From NCBI GenBank assembly GCA_043228905.1, contig JBHGNT010000016.1:8990001-9054000 (forward strand): a stretch of DNA of 64,000 nucleotides, read 5' to 3'. Below, piece by piece: positions 41,576 through 54,989 of the stretch. Position 1 is the first letter of the stretch. Each line of letters begins with the position of its first letter. Below the pieces are notes generated by a model that saw only the letters and a list, made by a program, of their open reading frames with translations, did no database searches and was not told where the DNA came from. Source of the stretch: Azolla caroliniana. Its lineage: Eukaryota > Plantae > Polypodiophyta. Made by a program: the position numbers and the translations under genes.

Positions 41576-42178
41576 TGTGAAGTGATGTCCTCCAATCCCT
41601 CAATTAGCCCATCACTAGGAAAGTGATCCATCAAGACTCGATAATGAGCTTTGGAAATGCAACACTCCAAGGTACGAGTCATGTTGGTTGTTATGTACAC
41701 ATAAGGTAGGTGAGGGTAGGTCACTAATATTTACATAAGTGAAGGGTATGCTCACTAATGTTAGAAAGGGACTAATGTGATTGGATAGAAGGAATGATAG
41801 ATGCATGCACTATCATGATCTTGACAACTAATGAATGTCCAATGTCTTTTAGAAAGGCACATCTATTCACGGGGCCTAGGAAGGGGTATAAATATGAGGC
41901 TTAGCTACCCTCATAAACACATTACGTCGAAAGGTTGCTATCTTAGACACTGATGGTGCGGGCTAGGCTTTCATCGTGATGATCATGTTAATCTCTTCCA
42001 AGGTATTAGTCATCCTAATATCAAGTGGTATGGACGTCGATGGTAGGTTGGCTATGTCTTGACCATAGCTCAAGGGTGTTCGGGTGGAATGGGTTCTTCT
42101 AGCCAATCTATTTAAACTTGTTTTTACTTTATTCTGGTCTATTGATTAGCAATAAACTCTTAACAGTGGTATCAGAGC
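41576..42178 (+). mobile_element. LTR plus tRNAi-Met PBS of an old element upstream of REP
   Basis: TTAACA at 42165 followed by TGGTATCAGAGC 42167-42178; TATAAATA near 41887; LTR start approximate; downstream internal region unrecognisable. Confidence 0.6.
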
Positions 42179-43685
42179 ATTTACTAACAATTTCTTTTTT
42201 GTTGTTTCAATGTTTTTCCATGTCAGCAATGGGGATCTAACAAGGTTCGCCATGCTCTTCTTAGGATCAAAACAACATTCTAAACCCAATATTCTTCTTT
42301 CTCGATCTCTCTTCTTTTCAATGACGTGTTATTCTTGGTCGCATGGAAATTGTATTATGTTTTCTTTTCTTTCAAGTTTCTTCTTTGCTACCATGATACA
42401 ATTTTAATTCTAATCGTGCATCGTGTTGATTGTGTTTGCACTAATCACACACGCTCAACTCATGGCTTTTTTGCAAATTGCATTGTATATATCGTGTTCC
42501 CCTCTATTAAGTCATCTCTTATGCTAATAATTATTATTGTGCATCGGGTTGAGCGTGTTTGCACTAATCGCACACACTCACCCCACGACCCTTTTGCATA
42601 TTATGTTGTGTATACCACTCTCCCCTCTATTGAGTCATCTTTTGGCCCATTCTATGGGGTGTTGTGGTCTTGACGAGGTGCATGTCGACTACCCTAGGGC
42701 GTCTTACCTTAGGGCATGCTCATTGTTTCATACACCTATTTGATTATTATACTAATTATTTTCTAATTACACAAGTTGTTTTCCTACTTTCTTAAGATTT
42801 TCTCATAATTGTCATTTACCCACCCACAATTAACTCTCTTTGTTACCCTTAATTTTCAAGTTCATCTACACTATTTACGTGTGTTTCCCTATGGTGTAAT
42901 GATTTTGTGTAGACTATTTTTTCCTATTGAGTGGTCATCATGCCGCTTTTTGAACATTTTGTCCAAAGTGTCATCTAGGTTTTAGGCATGTAATCGAGTC
43001 TTAGAACTCAATTAACATGAGTTTACCTATGACGTTTTGCACATAGATTTGAGTACTACATCTTTGCGCACACCACCATCACCACCACTTGTATTTAATT
43101 TGTGGCTTATGTCTACAATTATGCAAATCACTAAAACAATATTTGGACGGATATGTGCATACATCGCACCCTCTACTTATTTGTGGCATATTTAAATTAG
43201 TGGGTAACACATGGTTTTTTGAACATTGTTTTCATTACTTCTTGACTCTTATAGGTAGTGACTTATTTTTATCTACTTTTTCAGGACATTTGCTTGTTAC
43301 TCGCAATACTAGAATACTATTTGCGAGCTCGCTTGTTTTTGCATGTAATACACTTTCTCAACCATGCCAATACATGTTGGATTGACAAATTAATATAAGG
43401 CAAACTAGGAAATTACGTTGATGGCAGAACCATGGTTGAGCCTCGGGGAGCCGCCATGATTATTCAAGATAGAGATCCGAGAAAGACATCTTAGTTATGT
43501 TTTCCCCCAAGGTTTTTAAAACACTATAGTGTTACCATAGTTATCGGATCTCAAATCACATCTCATGTCTTTGGAGGGGTAAAGATGTGAGCTGCTTTCT
43601 TGGACAATGTTCTTCTAATCAAAATTTCAAGCATTCATTTTGCTTGTGTATTTTTTGAACCTCCTTATTTATATTGGATACACAT

Positions 43686-46600
43686 TGTAAACGATTACTT
43701 GTGGAAGCGTTAGAAAACAGAGAAAGCAGAGAATACACAGAATACACGGGAGAGACAGAGAGAGAGCCGAACGTAAAAGCTATATTCAAATAACAATATA
43801 AAACACACTCTCTGTATCTCTCTTACAATTGTGCTCAGTAGCACTATTTATACAAGTCCTTGTGGGACTGACAGAAGTACCGTGTACTCAATGCTCACAC
43901 GAGCATCTAACACTTACTACGAGACTATAACTGCCTAGTAGTCTAAACTAATACTAGGCTTCCGGTTACCGATTGTATCCGGCTAACCGGCTCCCCAGCT
44001 CACCGGCTCTGTTGCTTGCCGGCTCGATTGCTCACCGGCTTACCGATCCGTCTCGCTCACCAGCTCAGGCTTATCCAGCCGATCCGGCTCTAGTTGAGCT
44101 TGCCGCTCAACACTCCCCCTCAAGCTAAACTTGAGGTTGGATCCTAGTGTCAGCCTCTATGGTAGTCAGTTCTTCCAACCGACTTCTCCTGGCGTCGCTC
44201 CGCCTTGCTCGCGCTCCTCGTCCGGTCCAGTTCTGTTTGCCACGACCCTTCTGGTTCTGTGCGCCTCGACCTTCTCGGTCGGCATGTCTGCTCAATAGGC
44301 CCCTCTCAGCTCCTTCGTTGCTATGACTCCGGCGCTTGCCGATCCGTCGGTTCCTCCACGATGGCATCGACTTTCGCTGCATCCATGTTTGCTTGGCCTC
44401 CAGTTGATTTGGTTCATCCGGATCCGTCTGTTGGTTCGAATTGGTTGTCCCCAATTCGTTCTAGCTCTTGTCTGAGTCGGTATCCTCCGACTCGTCTTTC
44501 GGTTTAAGGCCCTTCACCACATCGGACCATGTCTATGTCTTGGCCTTCTTCCTTCGGTTGGCTCTGTCCTTCTTGACTCTGCCGCCATTGCCGCTTGTTC
44601 CGACTTGTTCGGACGTGTCGACTTCCCTTGTTAACTTGGTTCCTTTCTTCTTCTTGACTCTCCCTTCGTTTGTTCTTCCCTCACCGGCGCAATCGGCAGT
44701 CTCTTTGCCTTTGCCCATTCCGGTGTCTTTGCCCGTTCTACCCCTAAAGTGTGGCACGTCGAGATGCTAAACACCAAGCATTTCGGTGAAGTGCTGCAAC
44801 TTGTCCGATCCGAGCGGCTTGGTGGAGATATCGGCAACTTGTCGATTCATGTGAACATATCGTAGTTCAACTTCACCGCTCAGGACCCGCTCACGCACAA
44901 AGTGATAATGCACTTCTATGTGCTTCGTGCGAGCATGGAACATAGGGTTCTTGGCGAGCTGCATGTTGATGATGTTATCACAATAAATCGGGATCGGGGT
45001 TGGTACCTCTATCCGCAAGTCTCGCAGTAGTCGCCGAAACCAAATGGCTTCACAGGTGGCAATGGTAGCGCCTCGATACTCAGCCTCAGTGCTCGACAAG
45101 GCAATTGTTGGTTGCTTTTTGCTACTCCACGCAACAGCCGCGCTACCTAGGGAAAACATGTAACCGGAGGTTGATCGGCGATCTGATGCATCGCCGGCCC
45201 AGTCGGCATTTGTGTAACCGACCAGCTCTTCGGGTATACCGCGACGGTATAACAGGCCTCGGTCCTTCGTGCCGCTTACATATCGAAGTATCCGCTGCGC
45301 GCACTGAAGGTGCTCCACGGTCGGCTTCTGAATGAACTGACTTATCATTCCGACCGGATAACTGATGTCGGGTCGCGTGATAGTCAAGTAAATAAGGCTT
45401 CCGACAATTTGTCGGAACCGTTTCTCGTTGCAGGCCGGTCCGGAGTTGGGACAAAGTTTCTGGTTCTGGTCCAAGGGTGTGGAGACAGGTCGGCATTCTG
45501 TCATGCCGAACTTGTACAACATATTCAAGACGTAATGTCGTTGTGAGAGTAATATGCCGTCGGGGGTTCGGATCACCTCGATCCCATGAAAATAATGAAG
45601 GTCCCCTAGGTCCTTCATCTCAAATGCGTCCGACAACTAGGACTTGACGCGGTTGACTTCTGGAAGACCCGGTCCGGTGATGACTAAATCATCAACATAC
45701 AGCAGGATACATATCGGACCGGCTGAGCCTTTCCGGATGAACAACGAGGAGTCGGACTTGGAGGCCGCAAACCCCATCTTACGCAACCGGTGCGTTATCT
45801 TCACATTCCAAGCTCGAGGGGCTTGCTTCAGGCCGTACAACGACTTCTTCAGCCGGCATACCGCCGACTTGTTCATCTCCGATTGAAAACCGGGGGGATG
45901 AGTCATAAAGACTTCTTCTTCAAGATCACCCTGAAGAAACACATTCTTCACATCCATCTAGTGAAGATGCCACCCCCTTGCTGCAGCAACCGCCAGCACC
46001 ACACGAACCGTCGTCATCTTCGCTACCGGAGCGAAGGTCTCGTCGTAGTTGATTCTGTGGGTCTGTGTGTATCCCTTCGCCACTAATCAAGCTTGGTACC
46101 GGTTAAATGAACCGTCGGAGTTGTACTTTACCTTGTACACCCACTTGCATCCGATCGGTTTATAGTGACGGGGAGGGTCAACTAGGTCCCATGTCTCGTT
46201 GACATCAAGTGCCCGCATTTCTTCCTCCATAGCGGCACGCCAATTGGCGTCCTTTGCCGCTTCTGCGTAGCTCTCCGGCTCACGCACTTTTGCCACCTTA
46301 GTCATGTATGCATAGTGATGCGCCATGTACTCATTGTACCCGTACCGTTTGACGGGATCCTTCTGGCGGGTGGACTGACGTAACTCACCGTTAACCGATT
46401 TGAGGCCCTTCTTGGCCGGTTCGGTCTTTGTTGCTGAAGATCCGCCTTTCTCCTTGCCGGAGTCGGATGCACACCGATCCGACTCATCGTTGTCGATTTC
46501 AAATTCCGACATCTTTTTCTTCCCTTTCTCTTTGCGCGTGAACCGTCTCATCGGTTCCTTGTGCGGGGAGAGCACGACAGAGTCTCCGGTACTCGCCGGT

Positions 46601-49536
46601 TCCTCATCGGACTAGTAAGATTGACTCAGTCTCTCGTTCGGCCCACTCAACCAAAACGATTCCGGACTCTCATCCTGAGTCCACGCTTCATCGTCATCTA
46701 CTTGGGCCGATTCAGGCTCACTAGCCTCATCCTTCGGCATCGGGTCGGATTTGGAAGTCGGAGCCAATAAGGAGTACCTCGATGCCGATTCATCGAACTC
46801 GACATCTCAACTAACTCGGACCTGCTTTGTCCGGGGGTTATAACATTTATAACCCTTTTGCACTTGAGCATAGCCGATTAGGATGCATTTTTCCGATTTT
46901 GCATCCACCTTCCTCCGCTTCTCATCTTGTACATGCACGTATGCAATGCTACCGAAGATCTTAAGGTGTCTCAAATTTGGCTTGTGCCCGAAATACAGCT
47001 CATGAGCTGACACCTGTCACTGATCCGGTTCTGGATGTAGACAGCCGTTCGGACTGCCTCCGCCCAGTAGAATTTGGGCATGCTCTTCTCCTCCAGCATT
47101 GCCCTTGCCGCATCAATAAGCGACCGGTTCTTCCTTTCGGCAACACCATTCTATTGCGGTGTGTATCTGCAGCTGAACTCTCTCCGAATTCCCTTTTGCT
47201 GTAGATAACTGTTGAATTGTTCGGAAAAATATTGTTTCCTGCCATCCGACCGCAGGCATTTGATCTTCCTCTTCGATTCCCCTTCCACCATGCTTTGGAG
47301 ACTCCGGAAACACTCGAAGACTTCACTCTTCCGCTCAATGAGGTAGATCCATGTGTGCCGCGTATAGTCGTCGATGAAGGAGACGAAATATCGACTCCCG
47401 CCAAGACTAACATTCTGTGCCGGTCCCCACACATCCGAATGGATAAGTTCGATCTTGTTACGGCTCTGGTTACGTTCAATAGGGAATGGAAGCCGATATT
47501 GCTTCCCGAGTTGGTAGGCTTCACATACTTGGGCCTTCCGGCCGCTGAACTTCGGCAAACCGAAAACAACTTGTTTCGTTTGCAGGTCTTGAAGCCTCCG
47601 TAATTGACATGGCCTATCTGCTTGTGCCACAGGTCGATGTCCGATTCGACCTTCTGTCCTTTTGCAAACAGAGCGGTGCCGACGTCATTGGTGTCGAGGA
47701 TAAACATCCTCCCGTCTTTGCGCCCTTGCGCATTAATCTGGCCCTCTTCCCCGATGAAGCACCCAAGGTGCGTAAACCGCACCTGCATCCCCTGGTCGAC
47801 GATCTGTCCGATCGACACCAGGTTCTTCGTGATTGTCGGAACGTGTAATACATTCATCAACTTCCCCTTCTATCCGACGTGGCTCAAAGGGACTTCTCCG
47901 ACGTGCACGATTGGGTGAGGAGTGTCGTCTCCGGTTTCAACTACTCCTGGTTGATCCGGTTTCTCCAAAAAGGAGAACCACTCTTTGTGGCTCGTCATGT
48001 GGTTCGATGCACCAGAATCAACATACCACACTTCCTCTGATTTGGAAGTGGTCTTCTTCATCGAGTTCGCCTCGTGCTTCATCACCAAGGCTGGCCCGTT
48101 ACCGTTCTTGGATCCTCCCGATCCCTTCGTGTAGTGCGAGCTTTGCCGACCATCCTTGCCGGCCTTGTCGGATCCGAATTTGTTCGAATCGGCGCGTTTC
48201 TCCAACACTCGCTTTCTCTATGGCCCTTTTTGCCACAATACCAGCATTCCATTGCAGTCTTCTCTTGCCGTCTTCCAGTGCCGCCATGACTCCCCCTGCT
48301 CCCGGAGGGTCCAGAATTGCTGTCGGCACATTCTCTGTGCCTTTGTTCCTGGTCTTGCCGGCCGCCTCCATTGCGTGCCAACCCGCCTCGTCCACCACGC
48401 CCACGGGACCGATCCGCTTCCGTGTACAGCATTCGGCTGTCAATGGGTGCGCTAGTTGACGCACCAGCGTGGTTCTCCTCTACAAGGAGCATCGACTGTA
48501 AGTTGAAAAATGACGGCGTATTCTCCCTTGTACATACCGCCGTTCGGAATGCTCTAAACTTAGACGCCAGGCCCCCAAGACAGACCTGTACCATCTCGTC
48601 TTCCTCTACGGTAACGTTGATAGAGGCAAGCGAGTGATAGATCTCTTTGATCCGGGCCGTGTAATCCGCCACCGACATGTCCTTCTGTCGAACATTGCTC
48701 AACTCTTGTCGGAGTTGTAGCTTCCGGGCTGTAGTGCTCGCGGCGAAAACCTTCTTCAGGTTTCCCCAAGCCTCCTTCGGCGTCTTGGCGTCTCAGATGT
48801 GGCTCAACAGCTGGTCTCCGACAATGGACGCGAAGCAGTACATCACTCTCCTTGCCGATTGTTCCCACACTGGGAAATCCTTATGTGTCGCATCAGGTGC
48901 TGTTTCGTTGGCTCCTTCGACGAAACTCCAATAGCCATGCCCAAGCAGATACTGGTGCATCTTGTCGGATTTGTCGAGTTTCTCCACAGGGAGCGAGCTA
49001 GCCATTCCTCTATCCATCACTTCTTTGTCTGTTGTTCTTACGAGCTGTTAGGGCTTGCTTTCAAGTGTTTGTCGACTGCAGAGGTTCTCAACCCTCGCGC
49101 TCTGATACCATGTAAATGATTACTTGCGGAAGCGTTAGAAAATAGAGAAAGCAGAGAATACACAAAGTACACAGGAGAGACAGAGAGAGAGCAGAACGTA
49201 AAAGCTATATTCAAAAAACAATATAAAACACACTCTCTGTATCTCTCTTACAACTGTGCTCAGTAGCACTATTTATATAAGTCCTCGTGGGACTAACAAT
49301 AGTACCGCGTACTTCAATGCTCACACGAGCATCTGACACTTACTACGAGACTATAACTGCCTAGTAGTCTAAACTAATACTAGGCTTCCGGTTACCGATT
49401 GGATCCGGCTAACCGTCTCCCCAGCTCACCGGCTCTGTTGCTTGCCGGCTCGGTTGCTCACCGGCTTACCGATTCATCTCGCTCACCGACAGGCTTATCC
49501 AGCCGATCTGGCTCCAGTTGAGCTTGCCACTCAACA
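43686..49536 (-). mobile_element. Full-length but disabled Ty1/copia (family A)
   Basis: LTRs 43686-44112 and 49111-49536 (about 93-94% identical by rough manual count); flanks CACAT and CACAC; PBS 49099-49110; PPT from 44113; gag, PR (WYVDSGASNHMT), INT, RT (LYVDDL) and RH (RTKHIEVHYHFVRE) with stops and frameshifts. Confidence 0.96.
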
Positions 49537-49563
49537 CACACAACTTGCATCATGGAACAAGTT

Positions 49564-50700
49564 TTAATCATTGTTGGAGCGATATCTCCGATAGAGTCCT
49601 CTCAACTCCAATCCGCATCCCCCATACAAGTTGAGATCACTATTGAGAAGTTGCTCTCGTCGTGTTGTCTCTTGCACGTATATTACTGGTGGGAGTAAAC
49701 CTTGCCAACTCTGCAAAACTATTTGCATGACTATCACTGTAAGATTAGCGTTGTTGTGGATATTTGGATAAGTTACGAACATTTGAGGCCTTATTGTCTG
49801 GCAATATAGAAGACATCCTACTAAGTGCATTTGCACTAGGCATTCATCTCCAACATCTTTGGCCAACCTTCGAAAATGGGGCAAGCAAGTTTTCTTCTGA
49901 TCCATCCCATCTATAATCCAACACATATATCTTTTTGGCGATGAAGCACTTTTTGACGATGGTGCATAGCTTTAGATCTTTCCAACGCTTGGCTTTCCCG
50001 ATGTTCTCTCAATGAATTCTTATATTTTGTTATTTCTTCATCTGTTGTCCCACTCTTGGCCATGCTTTTTAAACTCGCACATATAGAACAAACATTGGCC
50101 ATCCGGACCTTGTGGGGTATGACCACATTGTTAAACTTCGATCTCCATAAACGATTAAAATGTCGATATTGTATGTAAGGTACACTTTCTAATAACATGT
50201 CATCCTTATACGCTTGGTATACCTCACGACGAGTGAAGTTATCTGACAAATGGAACCTTCCAGTGGTGGGCATAACATCACATTGCTTCGAGAAATATAT
50301 CTCCATCCATCTAACAGCATGCCACCCAATTAGACCCTTACATGTAGATTCTATATTGTTGAAAGGTACCCACCACCCCTTAAGGAATTGATGTTGAATT
50401 CTTTGTAGCCTCATGTTCCCGATGCGATAGGCAATTTTAAAAGCAACCCGACAATTCTTCATAGTAAGTGAAAGGTAATATTCCACCTGCTAAGAACATG
50501 GCAATGCTAGATGGTTCGTAACAAGTTGCATATTGGCAATCCAGAATGTATCTTGTTCATCGCCATTGATAGACAAATACTTTTGTCGCAACCCCCGCAA
50601 GTTTGCTTTTCCACAACATACCTTGCATATATCAATTGCAATTTGGCGATCCAAACACAGAAAATGATATCGCTTAACGCTCACTTGTCGAGGAACTTTT
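49564..50700 (-). pseudogene. Sola-like (DUF7869-type) DDD transposase, disrupted
   Basis: Motifs CRVAFKIAY, CDVMPT, FNRLWR..F..V.IP, CSIC, H-rich segment, IIDGMDQKKTCLPHF, LPPVIYVQ; the expected DN..RENKN and GHTH region appears deleted after YVQ. Family assignment is from motif recall. Confidence 0.65.
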
Positions 50701-51332
50701 TGAAAATTTAGAGGCTTGTTGACACAGTCGTCGTCAACATTCGAAAAACTGGACTCGTCATGATTTTTATCTGCTTTAATATTACTTATTTTACCTAAGT
50801 TAAAAGGCTCTATCGAAAAAAGTGACTCTATATGGCATTGTTTATTATTAACATGGTTATATTCCTCAATTGAGAATAACGAGTTATCAGATAATTTAAA
50901 AGACTCAATAGAAAAAACAGAGAATTTTTACTCAAGTTTGAGGACATTTTGAGTAAGGGGGGCTAAGATCACGGGAGTCCAAAATAGGCTCAAGTTTAGT
51001 TCTATAATAAGCACCATGTCCAAAAGCATTTATTTAAAATAACAAATTTTAAAATAAAAAAAAAACAAAAATATAAGGGAAAGTAATCTTCTCATTGTCA
51101 TTATCACGTTCAAGCAACAGAAGAGCACAGGAGCACAGAGCAACCAAGACTTCCAGTTTTCGCTTCCCCAGACAAGTCGACATCAACGTCAACAACATGA
51201 ACAAGGGAAAGAAGATTGCCAGGTATGTTTTCCGAACTATATTTTTAGATTCTTCCAAAATTCCTAAAAGATTCCTTTCTTGTTTGTTAATTTTTGTGTC
51301 TAGAATTCAAAGCTTTCAATCGAGTTCTCATA

Positions 51333-51417
51333 ATTTCAACGGGAACTCGATGCACTGCATCGAGTTCTTGTTGAAATGGGGAAGAACTCAATGCACTGCA
51401 TCGAGTTCTCGTTGAAA
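51333..51417. repeat. Tandem palindromes in the intron of the ParB-like gene
   Basis: ATTTCAACGGGAACTCGATGCA-C-TGCATCGAGTTCTTGTTGAAAT (51333-51377) and a second copy AGAACTCAATGCA-C-TGCATCGAGTTCT from 51383. Confidence 0.9.
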
Positions 51418-51938
51418 GGTGGGACTTTCATGATCAATATACTAGAATTGGTCACTTTCTTGCTATTTTTTGGCATTTTTCTCAATGTTTTTTATGTAAC
51501 ATTACACTCCTAAACGGGTGATATTCGCCAACTTTTGCAGAACTTTACCTTAGTTTTCTGGTTTACGTTGTGGATTTTTAAGATTATCGATATATCATTG
51601 TGTTATTGCCTGTTTTTAGTGAATCACGACAGAAGGTCCCATCCTTGAAATTGAAGATTCCCTCCTCAACAAAGAAAACTTCCGACACCATGCCCAAGCT
51701 TGACTCATGGAAAACATCTGTTGAGTCGGGAGGGGATGGGACTTTGCACACTTTAGGCGAAAAGAGTAGTGGGGAGCCTCGCCTGAAGAGCTACCCTGAT
51801 GTCAACTGGACATTAATCTATAACCAAGACGAAGGAGATTTGCTCCTTGTTTTTGTGAAATCTGAAGGTGAGGACAAGTTGCAGGCGGTGAAGACTTTCA
51901 CCTACGGCCCTGTAAAGAACATCGAATACGAAGATAAC

Positions 51939-54134
51939 TGTTCAGATATTTGGTCTCGGTCGGCCAAATCGTGGAGCAAGGCATGCAAGTCCGCTTCAAC
52001 AATGAAGGTTGCTTCATCGAGAAAGACGGCCGACTCATAGCCAAGGGACGGAGAGACGATCGCTTGTTCATCCTTGACTCAATTGAGGTAAAATTGGCCA
52101 TGTACGCCAAAGGTCTCAAGACCGAGACAAACATCGAGTTGTGGCACAAGCGAATCGGCCACGTAAACCTCCAACGGCTTCGCAGAATGCAATCAAAGGG
52201 AGTCATAATCAGACTTCCGGCCTTCGAATCGAAACGAGTCGACCGAGTGTGTGAAGCATGCCAACTCGGCAAACAACATTGACTCCCATTCCCGAAGGAG
52301 AGCTCCGCAAGCAAAGGCCTCCTTGACATAATCCACTCGGATATATGGGGACTGACTCAAACACCGACGCTCGGCGGATGCCGCTACTACGTCACCTTCA
52401 TCGACGACCACTCGCGCTACGCGTGGATATACCCGATGAAGAAGAAGAGCAAAGTGCTCTCCCACTTTCAAAGGCTGAAAAGCCAACTAGAGAAAGAAAC
52501 CGGTCGGTACATTCGATGCCTACAATCAGACGGAGGAAAGGAGTACTTCTCCGACGAGTTCACCTCTTACCTCCAAGGTGAAGGCATTCGTAGAGAATTC
52601 TCATGCCAATACTCTCCCCAACAAAATGGAGTAGCCGAGAGAAAGAATCGGCAAATACTCGAGGTAGCACGCGCCATGATGCGTGAGAAGCACATGCCGA
52701 ACTTCTATTGGGTGGAAGCAGCATCCACGGCTGTCTATCTCATGAATCGATGCACCACAAATAGCGTGCACGAGCTTACTCCATACAAGATCTTCGTTGG
52801 AAGAAAGCCCATCCTCTCGCACCTCAAGGTGTTCGGAAGCATTGCGAATGTACGCATCCTGAACGAAAGTCGAGAGAAGCCCGACGCGAAGTCGGAAGAA
52901 TGTATCCTCATGGGATACTTGTCCGCGAAAAAGGCGTACAAGTGCTTCAACCCTTCGACCCGAGCGGTGCGGATAAGTCACGACGTCGTCTTTGACGAAT
53001 CGGCATCTTGGTATAAGCCCGATGCGACTCCATCCGACCCGATCGAGGAAGAGTTGAATGCCAATTCGGATGACGAAACTCGGCCAAGTCCTCCATCGAA
53101 GGACAATCCAAGCTCTACCGAGCTAATTGGCCCACAAGAGCCTCCATGCGATGAAAACATGTCGCGGCCAAGCCCGACATCGGACAAAGGCAAAGGTAAG
53201 ATGCCCGAATACGAAGTCGAGGTCCACCTCGACGACCGTGATTCGGATGATTTGGCTCTCTCATTAGACAGTGAGTTCGGTGTACCCATCATGTGGACAC
53301 CCAGAGTAAAGAAGGCGCTCACATCGACAAACGAGAAACTCCGCCACTCATCACGAGCGAAAACCCAAGTCACTCGTTACGCCTACAACGAGTATATGGC
53401 CCATCACTATGCCCTCGCGATGAAGGTAGTGGCCGAACAAGAGCCCAAGGATCCAAGCCTTCACCACAGGCTTGAGGGGGAGAACAAAGCCGCGGAGAAC
53501 CGCGCAACGAAGCCACGAAGAAAACCGTGCAACGCCGCGAAGAAAGCCGCGCAACACCGCACAACAAAGCCACGGAGAGCCACACAACGAAGCCGTGAAG
53601 ACGTGAAGAAAGCCGCAAGCTGCACCGTTGCCGACGAAGCCGAAGGAAGCTAAACCGGACGTTGGATGCCTCACACTTGAGCTTGAGGGGGCGTGTTGAG
53701 ATATCAAGCTCAACTAGTTTAATCTAGTTAGTCAACACATGTAACTTAGTAGTTACCTAGATCGAATCTAGTTAATGTGTTGACCTTAACCCTTTAAATA
53801 GGACCTTGTACTTAAGTAGGATATTCTAGATCCTCCACTCCTTAGTACATTTAATGTAGGACTTACACATAAGTACCTATGTTCTACCCACACATGTGCA
53901 CCTTTGCACATGGGTTGTATATATACCTCATTGTGGGTATTTTTGTATGTTGATGACACTTTTCAATATAGTCAATCATCCCCCATTTATCTTGGTGTTC
54001 AAGTGTAACTTCCTCTCTCTCTCTCTCTTCCTCTCACACACTCTCACGCGCATATCATACTAATCTTCCGCTGCTTAACGTAACCATATAATTAGTCTCT
54101 AATTAACCCTAGTTAATTACCTAATTACTTAACA
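51939..54134 (+). mobile_element. Internally deleted Ty1/copia with both outer termini retained
   Basis: TSD ATAAC at 51934-51938 and 54135-54139; only about 11 bp of 5' LTR remain (TGTTCAGATAT versus TGTTGAGATAT); integrase ORF 52436-53653; RT and RH missing; PPT and 3' LTR 53694-54134. Confidence 0.9.
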
Positions 54135-54989
54135 ATAACGACTCATCGAACCTCTTGTTCGATGTTGATAGCTCGGTGGGGACGCGCAAAGTTAGGATAG
54201 ATGAACAAAATTTCATAACTGACTCGTGCCACCCGAAAGCTTTGAAAACAAATGTTCAAACTAAAAATAATTTGATTGTTGCTTTGTGCCCTTATATTAA
54301 GGGACAACTGATGGTCTCGCAAGCTACCACACCACCAAAGTCTACCAATAAATCAAAACAGGAACATAAGAAGTACAAGAAAAGGCAGCAACTTGAGGAC
54401 GATGAGCCCGAGGTACTTCAGTTCGTGGAAGATGAGGAGGAAGATACCGAGCTCAAAGTTATTCCTCCAAGGGACCACATTGCATCAGGAATACTCACCT
54501 CAAAGTAGAATCAGATCAGAGAAAACATTGTAAAGATGAAGCTTGTCCGTAAAGAATAATTATTTCACTTGCCGATCTCCTTTATTCAGAGGCCACCCAT
54601 TGATCTTGAAACAGGAAGACGGGCTCTAGAAATAAGAGAGCCACATTCAGTGCATGTCGGGATCTAGAAATAAGAGAGCCACATTCAGTGCATGTGCACA
54701 ACTTAAAAAGCAAAATGAAGATAAATCCACATGCGACTGTAGTGCCAATCTTAGTAATGGTTGACCCTAATCATTGCCCAACTGTTGCTGATTTTAAGCA
54801 CAGTTCGGCTGACGATTACACATACTACGTGATTGGAGGATCCCACTCTACTAAAGCTCGACATCAACTTGTGAAGGAGTATCCTCTTACCCCATTCTTC
54901 AAGTATGCAGAATGTAAAGTGTATGTTGGCCTTACACATGAAGAAGCTAAGTTGTTAGCTTGGGATCATAACAATGATAATGACTATAG

